Assembly (NCBI GenBank): GCA_009914755.4
Contig: CP068257.2
Location: 19,424,001-19,488,000, forward strand
Source of the DNA: the human T2T-CHM13v2.0 reference genome, Homo sapiens
Direction of reading: 5' to 3'
Length of the DNA: 64,000 nucleotides
Every line of letters starts with the position of its first letter. Position 1 is the first letter of the stretch. Position numbers and translations under genes: made by a program. A model generated the notes under the pieces. That model was not told where the DNA came from, did no database searches, and saw only the letters and a list, made by a program, of their open reading frames with translations. Positions 41,219 to 55,100 of this stretch are shown piece by piece.

Positions 41219-44200
41219 GGCTTTAAGAAAATGGTGAAGGTTGTTAGCTTTAGCTAGTTTCCAAGTGTCAACAGCAGTATTGCCAGTATTCCTGCTTTTG
41301 CCTTTTTCTCGTGAACCTAAAATTTATATTAGCGATCCCAGTTCACCTAACCCACCCTGCCTGTTATGTCATCTTTACTTCTACACTACTGACCGTACCT
41401 TACTCATGACACTTGGGTTTATTGCCATTTTTTACTTTTTTAACTTTTGCTTTCTATTGATCAGCACAGATCAAGGAATTAAATTATGTGTTTGTTTATT
41501 ATTGTGGTGTTTATTTCTAGTGTGTCTTTTTCCTTCCTTTCTAACCTTTCTACCTTTCCAACTGACCATGGTTTTGCTTCAGGAAAAGGCCTACATAGCC
41601 AAAAACAGCAAAGAAAATGTCAAATTGTTAGTTTTCAAGTCTAAAATTGATTTTTCAAAATTCGTGGCAGAAACCACAGTTTAAAAAATGTTTGAGTTAT
41701 GAAGACCATCCTTTTTAGGAAGGTAAAGTTCATGCATTTGGTATTTGACCAAAAAAAAGAGAAGCCCCAAAGAAATCTATGCATGAGGTTAAAGAGATTA
41801 TATCAAGAGGGACCAAGGATTTACAAATTCCATTTACTGAAGACGAGAGCCTGTAAAGGAGCTATATGAATGTCAGTGGAGGCCAACCAGAGTAGATGTC
41901 AGTGACCCCCCAAAAGCCAAGGCCAAGATAAGGCATATCTTTGTGGATGCTGGTAATGAAAGACAAAGCCAGAAGTACAAGGTGGTGGTTGCCCCAGAAA
42001 ACATGATGCCGTGTAGAAACGGGGAGAAAGGAGCATGACATTGTAAATAGAATAGAATAGCTAAAAGCGACTGAGTTTACCTATATTTCCCTATGTTACA
42101 TTTCCTGTTATAATGCAGAAGGAAATCTTATAAAAGACAATTACTTCAGTAGTAGAAAGCGGTTTTAAATTTCTAACACTTGAGTCTACTTCCACTGAAT
42201 ATGGCTTGTGGGTGTAGTTGGCCTTTCATTGTGCTTAAACTGCCCTTTAACCCCCTTTCTGTTTAGGTGTCTGGCCTATGACTTCTCCCAGTAATTTTGC
42301 TCTTGTCCTCTTCCTTGCCCATGCAAGACCTGTACGCATAGACACATAGCTGTTCTCTTGGGAGCACCCTTCTTTCAGGAAGCTCTGTGCCATTTCATCT
42401 CTCTGAATGTTACAAATAGATGCACTTTCCTAGTATCCAGTTTCTAGAGGCTTAGATTCTAATGAATTTGATCTGTTACATTGACTTATTGACTCTGCCT
42501 AAATGTTCCCAATTGTATTCCCCAAATGAAATCTAAATAATGTGGTATTTGAGGACACACTGTGTATGTAATGTATCATATTGTCTATTTTGTGAGGTAT
42601 TACAAAGAAGAGAATAATATTTAATTCATGGGAGGCTATTATATTTACTCCTTATGCAGTGTTTTCATGTGCATTACCTAATTTTCACCTTAGATTTATG
42701 CAAATAAATTGTAAATGATATCTCTGTTTTCCTTAAGATATTAATATGCAGAAATAACATATCCATAAGCTGTAAACATAATAGAAAATAAATATATGTT
42801 GATAAAACATGGAAAAATGTAAAAATACAGCAAACACATAATCATAGCTAAATGTAAAATAGAAACTATATTACATTTCATTTATGTTTTTGATTCTGTG
42901 ATTTTGATAACTTAAGATACTACTTTTTACTTTTGGAAGCATAATGGTGCACACTACCTTATTGATATGGACTCATGCATACTCTCATAAGAATCAAGGT
43001 AGAGTCAACATAAGTAACTGGTTTTCTGCCCATGTATAAATTCCACCTTCACTACATACTAGCTGTAACTTTAAAGCTTTCTTTTATTTCAAATCTGTCA
43101 TTCTGATTTAGTAAACATGGCACAGTGGCCGTACAGATAAAAACAGCAAGTTTTCTGTGATTCACTAGCTAATATTGATAAATAATGGATTTAAATGTAA
43201 CCATTTCTCAAAAAGGTCACAGTCATGTGTTCTTTGCTGATATTTGAGGTAACCAGAAGAATAAAAGAGGAGGGAAACAATTCCTTAAGACCTATACACA
43301 AAAAAATAAATGAACAAAATAAGTAAAGTTAAAATCATTTTGTCTCTCAATCATGCTTTCATCTGTTGATTTTATAAAAGACTACTACTTGAAAATCATA
43401 GCTTTGACAATTATAAATAGTGTTTAACAAGCATTTCCAGCTCTCACTGTCTTTGGATATGTGCTAACCTGTTTCTGTTGGGTCTAGCATGTGGCAAGCT
43501 TTGGCCAATGAAGTGTAGGAGTAGCTTGTGTCACCTCTTGTCTGAAGCCCTTTGTGCAACATTGATGTTGTGGAAGCACTAGTTAAAGTGAAGGTCTGTC
43601 TTCCTGAGTGTCTGAGTGCCATGATGAGAGAGCCCCCTGCTGACCTTAACCAGAGATGAAGCAAGAGTAAAATATGCACACTTGTGTTAAAACATGACTC
43701 TTCAGGATTGTAGGTTACTGCGTCATAGCCTCAACAAACCTGACTATTGGAATGCTTATGTAGATTGTGAATCACTGCATATATTTGTATTATAGTTTAC
43801 TTTTAAAATTGTAAAAAAAGTACAATTTTTACTAGAAACACGATTTTTACTTATATTTTTTAATTTAAAGGGGTGTGACAACTTGATAATTTAATGTAGT
43901 TTAATTTTTTTAACTCCTCACAATACAGGATTTCTCAGGTTATATTTAATATATGGTATAGATTTTATTAAGGTTTTGGGCGCATACAAGTATATTTGGG
44001 GAAGGTGAATTGATCATTCATAAAATTTTTTGGCACTTAACTAATAACTCATGGATATAAACCAAAACAATTGCAGTCAAAAATCAATGAAGTTCAGGAA
44101 CACTTTTCACTAGTTAACTATGCGTAAAGCTCTGTGATAAGTTTTGAGGGGGGAAAAAGAAAGGAAAATACTTGAGTTGTTAACATATGATTTTTTAAAA

Positions 44201-47200
44201 ATTAATGATGCTCAGTTATAAAAAATCCAGTGGAAAATATCATTAATGTATTCTGAAACAGTTTGAAAAAGCCACTCTGTGAATCAACCTACTTTTGGTT
44301 TTAGAATTTATTTACTTATTTAGAAAGAAAGAAAACAGAAAGACAGGCACCATTCTCTGTATGTTATTTTCCTGAAAGGTGTTAAGGCAAAATGAAAAAA
44401 AACTCTCCTCTATAATTATGTAATATATCCTAATCTCTTATTATGCTTTATGATTTTATAATTCTGTGTAAAATCTGTCATAGTTTTAAGTCCCATCACC
44501 TAATGCATGCATTCTTGTCTAGTCTTTTTATGAAAGGATTCATTCTTGTGAATCAACAAGGCATAGACCCAGACTAAGAGAGCTTTCATCGTTTTTAAGA
44601 AAGTGACGCTAGCTTACAGTCTCCTAGGAAACTCAAAAATTCAGCAGCTGTAGAAAGTCCAAGTTTTACAAAACAGCTATTATTGGGGGTGAAATCTCCC
44701 AAGGATGGATTCCTGCAATCTCACCTTATTTTTAAACATGGAATAAGAAATACTTTAATAGTATTTATGGTTAGTCATTTGTTAGTGAGCAGAAAAAAAT
44801 CAGCAAAACCCAGATCTGGACACTTTTCATTTCTTGATCTGAGTGGAACTGCAATTAAACTCAGGAAACTTAACAAAAGGCTGATTATTTGAAGGGAATG
44901 GTCATCAAACAAACACTGAAAAAATACAAATCCAGAAAGCACACACAGAATAATTTATTAGGCAGTATAATAGCAATTAATTAAGAGGAATGTATATATG
45001 TACTGGAGAAATATGTATTCTAAAATATAAAGTGTAAAAATTAACAATACATGAAATAGCCACATTATCTCCATGAAATTAAGAGTTTGCACTAAATGAA
45101 CTTCAAAATTGCTATCGAGGGAAAAAAATCCATAATGCTTCTGTACTTTTATATGTGTGTTGCATGCTCAGTTTGTTGGTTATGTTGTCTTTTGGATGCT
45201 AAGAGAAGTACAATGGAATATTGCTTTTAGAAATACGTCTGTGTTTTACACTATCATGCTACTATGAAAGGTAGGCATGCACTTGCTGTCATGAAACAAA
45301 TAGAGTTTTTGTAATTAGGTGAAACTTGCCTAAAGTTAGTCATTTTGTTTTTGTGTGTTAATGACTTATTTATTATCGATACATCTTGATGAGAAACATG
45401 CAGAGTTTAAAGATGGAAAATGAAACATGTTAGTACCATTTATCTGACAACAAAAATGCCAAATGAGAAAATAATCGTGGTTGTGGAATTTTCAGTGTAT
45501 TGACTCAGGCTTACCACTACAGAGTAGAAGAACAAAGAAGGGTGTCTTTGATATCCAGTGGCTATAGGTCAAAAGTTGATTCCTTTTCAGTATTATTTCT
45601 TTGCCTTTGGAGACATTAATTAACTTTTTTGAAACTCAATTTCCACAAGTGAAAAATACATATGTTATGATAATCTCAAAATAGTTTTATAAAGTTTCCG
45701 AATTTATGACATGTTATCTTTTCAGTAAATGTTGTCCTCCCTTCTCCTCCTCCTCACCGTAGAGACGTAAGTTGTTTTCAAGTTATAATCGGATATTTAC
45801 ATGTATTTATTAGTACATTAGTGTATTGTATATATCTGCATGTCAAATGCAAAATACATAGGATGGAAAAATAGGAACAAAGAAGTATTTGCCATACATG
45901 TTTTAAAAAGGTTTTCTAGTACCTATTTTTTTTCTCATGGATAGAGATGCTAACACATCGATAACTTCTACTTCATACTTGTTATCTGCCAAGCATTTGT
46001 TTCATGCACGACAGTGAACAATGTAAATATTCTTTGCTCTTGTGAAGCATATATTTTAGTAAAGAAGAGAGAATGAGACAGTTAGTCAGTAAACAGAATT
46101 AGAGGGGTTAATTTTTTTTCGAAGAGGGTGCATTTAAGCTAATGCAAAGTTCCTAAGACAAGAATGAGCTTGGAATATGCAAGAAATAGAAAGAAGGGCC
46201 TGTCGGTGGGGTGCATTAGCAAGGTGTGGTAACAAGCTACTAAGAGTCTTTAGTAATCTCTGCCTTGGGTAGTCTGTTCTTTCATTGTACCAGGATTGAT
46301 TTGCGTGATCAATACAATATGGCAGAATTGATGGTCTGTTACTTCTGAGATGGAGGCTATAAAAGAAATGGTAGCTTCTCTCATTGTTGCTGTTTTTTCT
46401 TACTCTTTGATCACTTCCTCTGGGAGAAATCATGTTGGGAGCAGCCCAGTGGGGAGGTTTACAAGGAGAAAAACTGAAATCTCTGCCAACAACCCTGTGT
46501 GTGAGCTTAGAACAAATCCCCCAGTCTCAAACAAGTCTTCAGAGGTTGCTACCCTAGCCAACAGCAAGTTCATTAACCATCCTGAGACGGAAATGCTTAG
46601 CTAAATTTCTTCCAGATTTCTGACCCTCAAAAAAAATGGAGCAATAAATGTTTATTGTTGTAAACACAAATTTTTGAGGTAGCATGTTTACAGAAATAGA
46701 TAATGAACACAAAACAGAGAGGTTAGAAATGAAATGACATGAAGTAGGACTTCATAGACAATAGTAGGATTTGAATGCTGTTTAAATTAATGGGTAGTAA
46801 TCTGAAATTATGAAGGGTCCATGTAACATTATTTGACTTTGTTTTAAATAAAAATGAATCAATTATGGAGTACACAGTGTTTGAAGGGGCATAGAATGAA
46901 TCAGGATGTCAAGCTAAAAGGAGTTGTCCAGGTAGATATGAGACATTGATTAGAGTAGAACAGCCAAAATGGAAGCAAGTTGAGAGTTCTGCGATGCAAT
47001 GGAAGACAGAACTGGCCATAAATATGGGTATCCTTCATATACATGATTGCTTGCAATCAACAAGAAAAATACAAGGCAAGTAAATAATGAATTTACTAAT
47101 GGCAAAAAAAATGTGTTTTAAAGATGCTCAATTTCATTAGTATTGGCAAAAACATTAATAATAATGGCATATTTTTCATCCTGAGAAATTAAAAAGACTA

Positions 47201-47611
47201 ATAAAACTCTTCATTGGCAAGACTGGAAAATTATTCACTTTCATTTATTGTAGATAAGACACTAAATTGATATAGAGTCTCTAAAGCCAATCTGCAAAGT
47301 CCATACGCTTTCTTCTAGGGAGTGAATTTCACGGAATTTTTCCCAAGGAAATGTTTGCAATATTAATGAACACTCATTGTTCATTGTAAGACCATTTATA
47401 ATAGTGGATACTTGGAAGCACCTCATAGGCTCATCATATCGTATATAATTAATCTTGCTTATGGCATAATATATAAAATACATGTTCCAAGAGGGTATGT
47501 TTATCATTAATCTATATATATAAGTGTAAAACTATATATGTCCATGTTATATTTCATGGTATGTGTACGTGTGTATGTAAAAAGGCAGTATTTACCAAAA
47601 AAAGGACAGTA

Positions 47612-47853
47612 GCTTGAAGCCAGGAATTTGAGACCAGCCTGAGCAACAAAGCAAGACACAGTCTCTACAAAAAATTTAAAAACTTAGTTGGGTGTGGTGG
47701 CATGCTTCTGTAGTCCCAGCTACTCAGGAGGCTGAACTGGGAAGATCACCTGAGCCCAGGTGTTCCAGGCTGCAGCGAGCTGTGTTTGCACCTCTGCACT
47801 CCAGCCTGTGCAACAGAATGAGAGACATGTCTCAAAAGCAAAAAAAAAAAAAA
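47612..47853 (+). mobile_element. Alu SINE, 5'-truncated (starts in the left-monomer 3' half), diverged
   Basis: It begins gcttgaagccaggaatttgagaccagcctgagcaacaaagcaagacacagtctctacaaaaaatttaaaaacttagttgggtgtggtggcatgcttctgtagtcccagctactcaggaggctgaactgggaagatcacctgagcccagg and ends gcaacagaatgagagacatgtctcaaaagc(a)n. Confidence 0.85.
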
Positions 47854-50800
47854 GGAACAGCCAAATATGATTATTTCTGGGCAATATATTTAAATATGAT
47901 GTTTCTTTCTTTAGATTTTTCTTTATTTAGAGATTCTTTGTGCCAACATTATTTTTAAATATAAAAATAATCCAAAACTGTTGACAAAAATGTAAAATAT
48001 AAAAAAGCTAAAACATTACCTATATTATGACTTTCTATTATAAGAAATATTACAAAGTTAATTTCATTACATTTGTCATTTTCTCCAAATATTTTCTTTA
48101 TAGTAATAATTTTAGATCCTTTGTAGTCTTTATGCTTACATCTTTAGGTCTTTAGAAAACATTATTTTTATCTATTGGTATTAATTAGAACAGAAGAAAA
48201 AATCATGAGAATGATGGGAAAAAGTAAAACTACACTGATCATTAATAAAAAAAAATCAGGACATGTAGGAAAGAAAAAAGAATAAAGATAACCGCTACAG
48301 ATTTAGTAGAGTTATCAGTTTCTATGGTTTTCAAATAAACCATAGGCTAGTCACAAATGTTTTAAAAATTGTTAACATGATATTTTTGTTCTGAGTCAAT
48401 CTTTGAAAAACAGTTTAGTTGTATAAAAACTATTTCTCAAAAATTATTCTCCCACTGAATTTTAGTTTATTCAAAGTATGAGGTACTTGTGATAAGAAAT
48501 ATCTTATCCATTAAAATACTGCTTTATATTTGCCTTTTTAGAGAGAGACCAAAGATCAAATCTAAAATCAGTAAGAAATTTCTGCTTTTCATATTTATTT
48601 GATACCAGTCCATCTCGTTTAGGGTTTATTGGAGTTCTTAAAACGTCTGGTAATAACAGCCATAATAATAGTGTGTTACTTATGTAATTATTAATCCTGT
48701 TTACATTTCACATGTATTATTTTATTTTATCATTATCACAACATGGAGTAGCTTTGATTAATGGTTTTCACTTGCAAAATAAGACAACTGAAGCTCAGAA
48801 AGATTACATGACCTGTCCAGCACTATAGATCTAGTAAATGGTGGTGCAAAAAAATAATACCAGAGCCCACAATGAAATCATTTCCTCAAAAACTATATCT
48901 GATGTTTTTTTCCATGCAAGGTTAATAGACATAGTCACACAGCTTCCAAAATGTTTCCTTTGGTTTCACTATTGAATAGGGACAGGTCAGTTTTTTCTGA
49001 AAAGTGTCATTCCACCCCCGTTTCCCAGCCTGTATTTTTCCCTCTACATATTAACTATCTTAGTTGCCAAATTTCCTACTTAATTTTTGATTTAAATATA
49101 ATTGTGATCTTAATTATATTAAAAATAACTTCTAAAAACTTTCAACATATTTTATTTACTGCACGTTAGCATTAAGGGAAGACTCTAATCCTAAAGGGGC
49201 TTACTGTGGTAACTCAGGACACAAACTATTTTATAGAAAATGTTGGACAGTAAGAAAGAGCAACTGGTAATCAAATGCATTTGTTATTGACTTGATTCTT
49301 ATCTGTTTGACACTACCCAGTGGATATGAGCTGACTTTGCTTCAACCACGGTGTCACTGCCAATACTTAATTTATATCTAGTGGGAGAAGAATTATATAT
49401 TTTTCTTGTTTAATCCTGTACCCTTCAGAAGCTTATTTATAAAGTACCAGTTGGATATTATCTAGTTTTGTTCTACAATTTATTAATATGTATTTGAATA
49501 TTCTTGGTGTACGTTGTAGGGATTAGAGTACCAAAATTTCACACGATAAGCAGGTATATATTTCCTCTAAAGTAAAAGCAGCTGCAATATATAACTAAAC
49601 ATGTAATTTAATTCTTTAAATCCTGTACTTTAATTTTGTTTATAGTTTTTGTGTGTATTATGTCACCAAAGTCTTTACATCTGAAAAACCAAATTGTTCA
49701 ACCCAACCATAACTAAATATTTGAAAAATGTAATTTGACTCATAAAGACTTTTTTTTTTAATAAACACTTATTAAAATGTACTGTGTGCCAGGCTTTAAG
49801 TCTCACCCAAGAATTCTGCAGAGTGAGGCCAGATTTTCATACAACTGGATTTCATTCACGGTTTAATTTCTCTTGTAAAAGTTGAAAAATAGCAATCTAG
49901 AATACATTTGGCCATTGACGGCACTTTCAATTTTGAAGCTGTACTGAAGCTGTCACACTACCATCCAAATTACTGTCAAAAATGAGTATGCTAATTGAAA
50001 AGCTCTGGCTATGAAGTTAAGTGTTGCAGTTTTATCAAGCATAGATAAGAACACTATATAAAACATGGATTTTAAGGTGAATTGAATTTATCAAATTGTA
50101 AGGGCAGGCTATAATTTGAAAATCCTACATTAGATGGATTTTTCAAATTCTAATTTGTTGTGAATAATAATGTTCAGCAGAAGAGAAGAGCTGTATTTTC
50201 TTGCATTCCTTGGTTTAGGATTTTTAGAATAAGGACATTTCTACCAGGATTCAAAATTCCTTACTAGCATAGCTCATGAATCTCCTCCCTACTTATTGTA
50301 TTGGAAAAACTATCCAGCACACAAAATGTTAGCATTTCAGGAATTTGTAATCAACTGATAAATCATAAGTATTTGTTTATAAGTCAGATCATACATCTAA
50401 AAACTTATAGGGTAAATCAACCCCACTATTTGCTAACTCTCGGGTATCACCATAGGCTGTTCTGTGGGCAGGAGTCCATATTTTCATTGACTACAGTTAT
50501 GATAATGGTTTCTAGTTTTACACAAATATTTTTCCTTCTGATGTCTAACTAATTGTGAAAATAGCATAACATATCACATTTGTGAAAGTTATTTAGCTGC
50601 TGGGGTCACTGCTACTGTGAAAAGATCAGTCATAATTTGTGCAGTGGTTGGAATATACTTTTAGATGTCACTGGGGAAAAAAATCTTGGCTTTAAAATGC
50701 CTTTGTAAAGATAAGCCAGTTGTAAGGTGTGATTCCATTGTTAAGATTAATAATATGAATGACCAGTTAAATATGGGTCTGTACTGACTGGAAACTCTTG

Positions 50801-52095
50801 AAAAATGAACTTCAGATATTTGAATTGCATTGTTTTATATGCACATCTTATATATTTTAAATATAAAAGGTAGCTAAATCCATGAATTAGCTTTCACAGG
50901 ATATGATTATCAACATCTCATGTACCCCACAAATATATACACATACTATGTACCCACCAAAATCAAAAATAAAAAAGTAAACTTTTTTGCTTCATGTGGC
51001 AAATTGCAATAGCTCTTTTTTCTAAAAGTATTTCTAATTTTATTTCTTGTGTTTTTCTTCATTTCATTCAATTATTAATGAAATATTTTAAATGTTCATT
51101 AAAGTTCAGTGGAAATGCCATTTCCACCAGTTTTTTCTTTCATTTTTTACATTGCTGTAAGACTTTGACAATGTGTTGAACCTCTAAAATATTTGTCAAT
51201 CATGCTTTCTTGTAAATATATAGTCAAACTGTGATTCAATTACAATAGTATTTTCTGTTTCTCAACTGTTAACTGTTTGACGATAGTAAGAGTGTCTAAT
51301 TCATCCCTCTTTCCTCTAGCTGTTAACACAAGATTTGGCATGGGTTAACAACTCATTTACTATTTAAAGATAAGAACCTTTAACAGAAAATGCCAGTCAT
51401 ATAATGTAAAGGAGGCACAGGGTATGTATTTTCTGTGTATAATTCAAGCTAAGTGTTAAATAGCACAGGCTCATAATTATTTTCTTAATTCGAGTATGTA
51501 ATGTGTTTTGTCTTGCTGGAGTTGCCTCCAAAGCCGTTGTAGGGGGAGTTCCTTCAAGGGACTGCTTCAAACCATTCCATGAAGGGGCCAGTTGGGATTA
51601 CAAAGAAGGAAACACTAAAAGCCGGGGTGATGAATCCAAAGCGTTTGCAGCATTAGGGGAACTTACATACAGAGGGCTTCAGCGTCCTCATGACAGAAAA
51701 AAATACGTTCTACCCAAGTATGTCCTTAACCAGAGTGTCACCCTATGTAGTTTATATAAGAGTGTCAGGAATTTGGCCCAGGCCGTTGCTAGATTCTATG
51801 TGTTTGGCAGCATGCTTGATATTTCAGGGCTTGGGAAAACCACCTAAACAACTTCCTGTGGGCCTTGGAGTACTCCTTGATACCTTCCAGGCCCCAGTTT
51901 CCCCAGTTTGGGTTTAAGCCTGCAGGGAAAAACATGAAGCTGGCTGGGTCACTGAGCACTAAAGGCACTCTGACTTTCTAGGTAAGGACAAAGAAAGAAA
52001 ATAGGGGACACTGGGGACTCTACATATAAAGATACAATTTCCTCTGTGTTTAATAAAGTCTAGGGTATACCAGATTAATGCAACAAAATATGAAC

Positions 52096-52183
52096 AAAAA
52101 ATAACTCATACAAGGCATTCCCTGGTAGTTTCATGGATCTTTTCATGAGACTACCAGGGAATGCCTTGTATGAGTTATTTTTT
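52096..52183. other. Near-perfect 88-nt inverted repeat (hairpin): 34-bp perfect stem + T·G + 5 bp, 8-nt loop
   Basis: The left arm aaaaaataactcatacaaggcattccctggtagt (52096-52129) is the exact reverse complement of the right arm actaccagggaatgccttgtatgagttatttttt (52150-52183). The inner extension pairs t/g, then tcatg with catga. The loop is gatctttt. Confidence 0.9.
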
Positions 52184-55100
52184 TGGAAAAACCTGTATAT
52201 TTTGATTTTATTAAAACAATTATTTGGAGATTGCATCTTTCTCTACCACAAAACTACCAGTAGACATTGTCCTTTATGAGAAGGCAAAGGATATGTGACT
52301 GAATTGGTTCTACCACTTATCGAGGAACTGAACTTAGTTCCTTAAACTAGTAACTTTGGCTTTTAATTCAATTAAATACAGATTATAACACAGAGTCAGT
52401 GAGAATATCAAAATGGTAATGTAAGAGGAAAAAGGGCTCCTGGACATGGTGTGTTTTTTAATAACAATAATTGAATAAGGGGATACATTAAAGTTCTGCT
52501 TACACAAAAAGAAATCATCATGCATATGTTTCAGGAAAAGTATATTTGTTGTGTACTATTTTTGTTAAAAAGGCAATAAAATTAATTCTTCTTAGAGTAC
52601 AGTTTCAGGCAAAAAGATTATTCTCCAAACCAAACAGTATGTTTACTTTTACTTATGAGAAGGAAATAAAAAATCTATTGTATTTTATTTTATAATCTAT
52701 ATTTCTAAGAAACTCCAATTCAATAATAAATCACAGTAGCCATATTGTAACAAGTTTTGATTATTCTATTTTATTTTGCTATTCATACGTTACTTCTCTT
52801 TTAAAATGTAAGTCTGTATTCAGAAGGGATGAGTACTAGAGTTGTGCATTGAGGATTGAAAGCACAGAGATGTTATTTAATACTATGGGATTGGTTTTGA
52901 GCCCGGAGGCATGGAAATGGGTTGGCAGAAGTGATATCAGGCTAAGCTCTGGGACACCCACAATGCGGAGGTCTGGAAGATGAGGTTAATCCCACAAGAA
53001 GATCGAAGACTGAGATGGAGGGAGAACCAAGAGGGCAGGGCTCCAGAAGCCGAATGCAGGCAGTGCAAGGAGAGAGAAGCCCACTGTGACACATGCTACG
53101 GATTAAGGAAGATCTGATACAGAGCAGGGATAATCCATTCACAGGAACGAGAAGAAAGCACAGTAGATGGTAACAGAAGCAAGATGCTTGGTAGATTTGG
53201 TGGAAGGGGAAAGGTTAAAGTTCTCTTTTATTTCTTTTTTCTTCCCAACAAAATTAGAGGCACATTTATTTTTTGAATGGGAGGAGGTAGCGGGGGTCGT
53301 TTCAGGTTTGAGGAAAGTGGGAGAAGACATGGAACATTCCACTCCACTAAAAGACTAGGAGCTCAAATGGACAAGGGAGAATTTCTATCCTCTCATTGGT
53401 CTGTGAATTTTTCAGTATTATATTCATTAGATATAAAGTTTCATAGATGGTTTCTGGCATAGTAGATTAATGTTTATTGTGTAAATTACTGAGACATTCA
53501 CTTAAAGAATCACATAATTATTGCATTAAAGCCTGTGTTGTTAACATGTTGAATGTTGCCCAACTTTAAATGACTGTAGACATTCTCTTATTTTAATTAT
53601 GATAATTCTTTCATACAACATTTTAGTTTTCCTCTTCTCTGTTAAAAATACTGTGTTTTTAACATTTAAAATAGCTTTTGCTTTCTTTTCCTTTTTAAAA
53701 CGGCATAATATTCTATAGTGATTCATTGTGTTTTGTTTTTACCCAGCCCCTATCCTCCCTCACACTTTCTCTCCTATTTTCCTTTTTCTCTGAGACATAT
53801 TTTGCTTCTTTTTCAGTTTGCATTCTGCTCTGAATTCTGATTTTCGCTTAGAGAAATATTTTTCATCTCTGGACAACAGAGAAGCAGTGTGAAAAAAGTA
53901 GCTATTTTTATAAAGACCTGGCCTATCCTTCTCATTTTTTCCCGCTTGCTTGCCTGTTTCTATTACAACTTCTATCAACAGTGTTGGCTTTCTATTTGAA
54001 ATAAAGTTGAACCATATCTGGTGCCTGGACATACTTTAAATACACCTCAAAATGAACTGAAATGTTTCAGGTCCTTCTCATCCGTCAAAGGCTGCAGCCA
54101 CTACTCTGGAAGTTATTTTTTGACACACTGATTGCTGGATGGTATCAGTCCTGATAACTCCATTTAAGAATCCTATGAAGAGAAAACTTTTATCGGTCTG
54201 TCACCATCAGGCCTTATCACCCACAAGCAAGTGGTCAAGCTAAAAGAACAGTGCAGATCATAAAGAATGCCCCATAGCAGATTATTATAGGAGATTAGTC
54301 AGCAAGATGAAACAAGTTGCACAGGATTCATCTTTGCACTCTCAAGTCAATAACAAGTATTATAGTAAAAGCATATCTTTGAGGCTTCCTTAAACTACTT
54401 CCATGCAGCACTGGCTTCGTAGGATTGGTAAGAATGGGATGTGTTCTTTTGCTCTCCTGCACGTGATGCTGAACGTGGGGTGCATGTGTTGCTTTTCTGA
54501 ACAGCATTCTTTTTTCACAAAACTTCGTCTTTTCCAGGTGTTAGCATTAAGTTCTCTTTATATTAGGGGTATTGTGGTTTTTAGAATTTAAGACATATAC
54601 CAGTGGTTCTCAAAGTGACAATATCCACCAGATTCATGGAATATAGCTTTCAGGGGTTCTGTGAGGTTAAAAACCAAACCAAACAAAACTATTTTCATGA
54701 TAATGCTCACACAGTAGGTGCGATTTTTCAACTTCTTGACCTTTGCGCTAGTAGGCAAAAGCAATGGTGGACAAAACTGCTGCTCCTTAGCAGGAATCAC
54801 GGTGGCACAAAATTGTTTTAGTAATCATTTTATTCTTCACTGTCACACAATCACAGGAGGGGAAAAGCCAATTTCATTTAAGAATGTCCGTCAAGAGGCA
54901 GTAAAATATACTAATGTTTTATATCTAAGCACTTAACGGTGCACTATTGGACAAAATTGTAACTGCATATTAGCCATTTTCTGTGGCAAACAGATACAAT
55001 AATTATCTTGAGGAAGAAGTAAGTGTGGATTATTTGAGTTGTGAGACAAACTAGTTGCTTTTTGTTTCTTTTACACACATGGCCTATTATTGAAAAAAAA

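Noticed and set aside
41241-41684. Longest ORF in the window (147 aa, + strand)
   Set aside because: The translation is low-complexity and Leu/Phe-rich (…LLLWCLFLVCLFPSFLTFLPF…) from T-rich DNA. It has no recognisable domain and partly overlaps the end of the THE1-type LTR. It is a chance ORF.
53139-53462. Cluster of overlapping 60-67-aa ORFs on both strands in a locally GC-richer patch
   Set aside because: They are short, mutually overlapping, and show no conserved-looking protein features. This is compositional noise.
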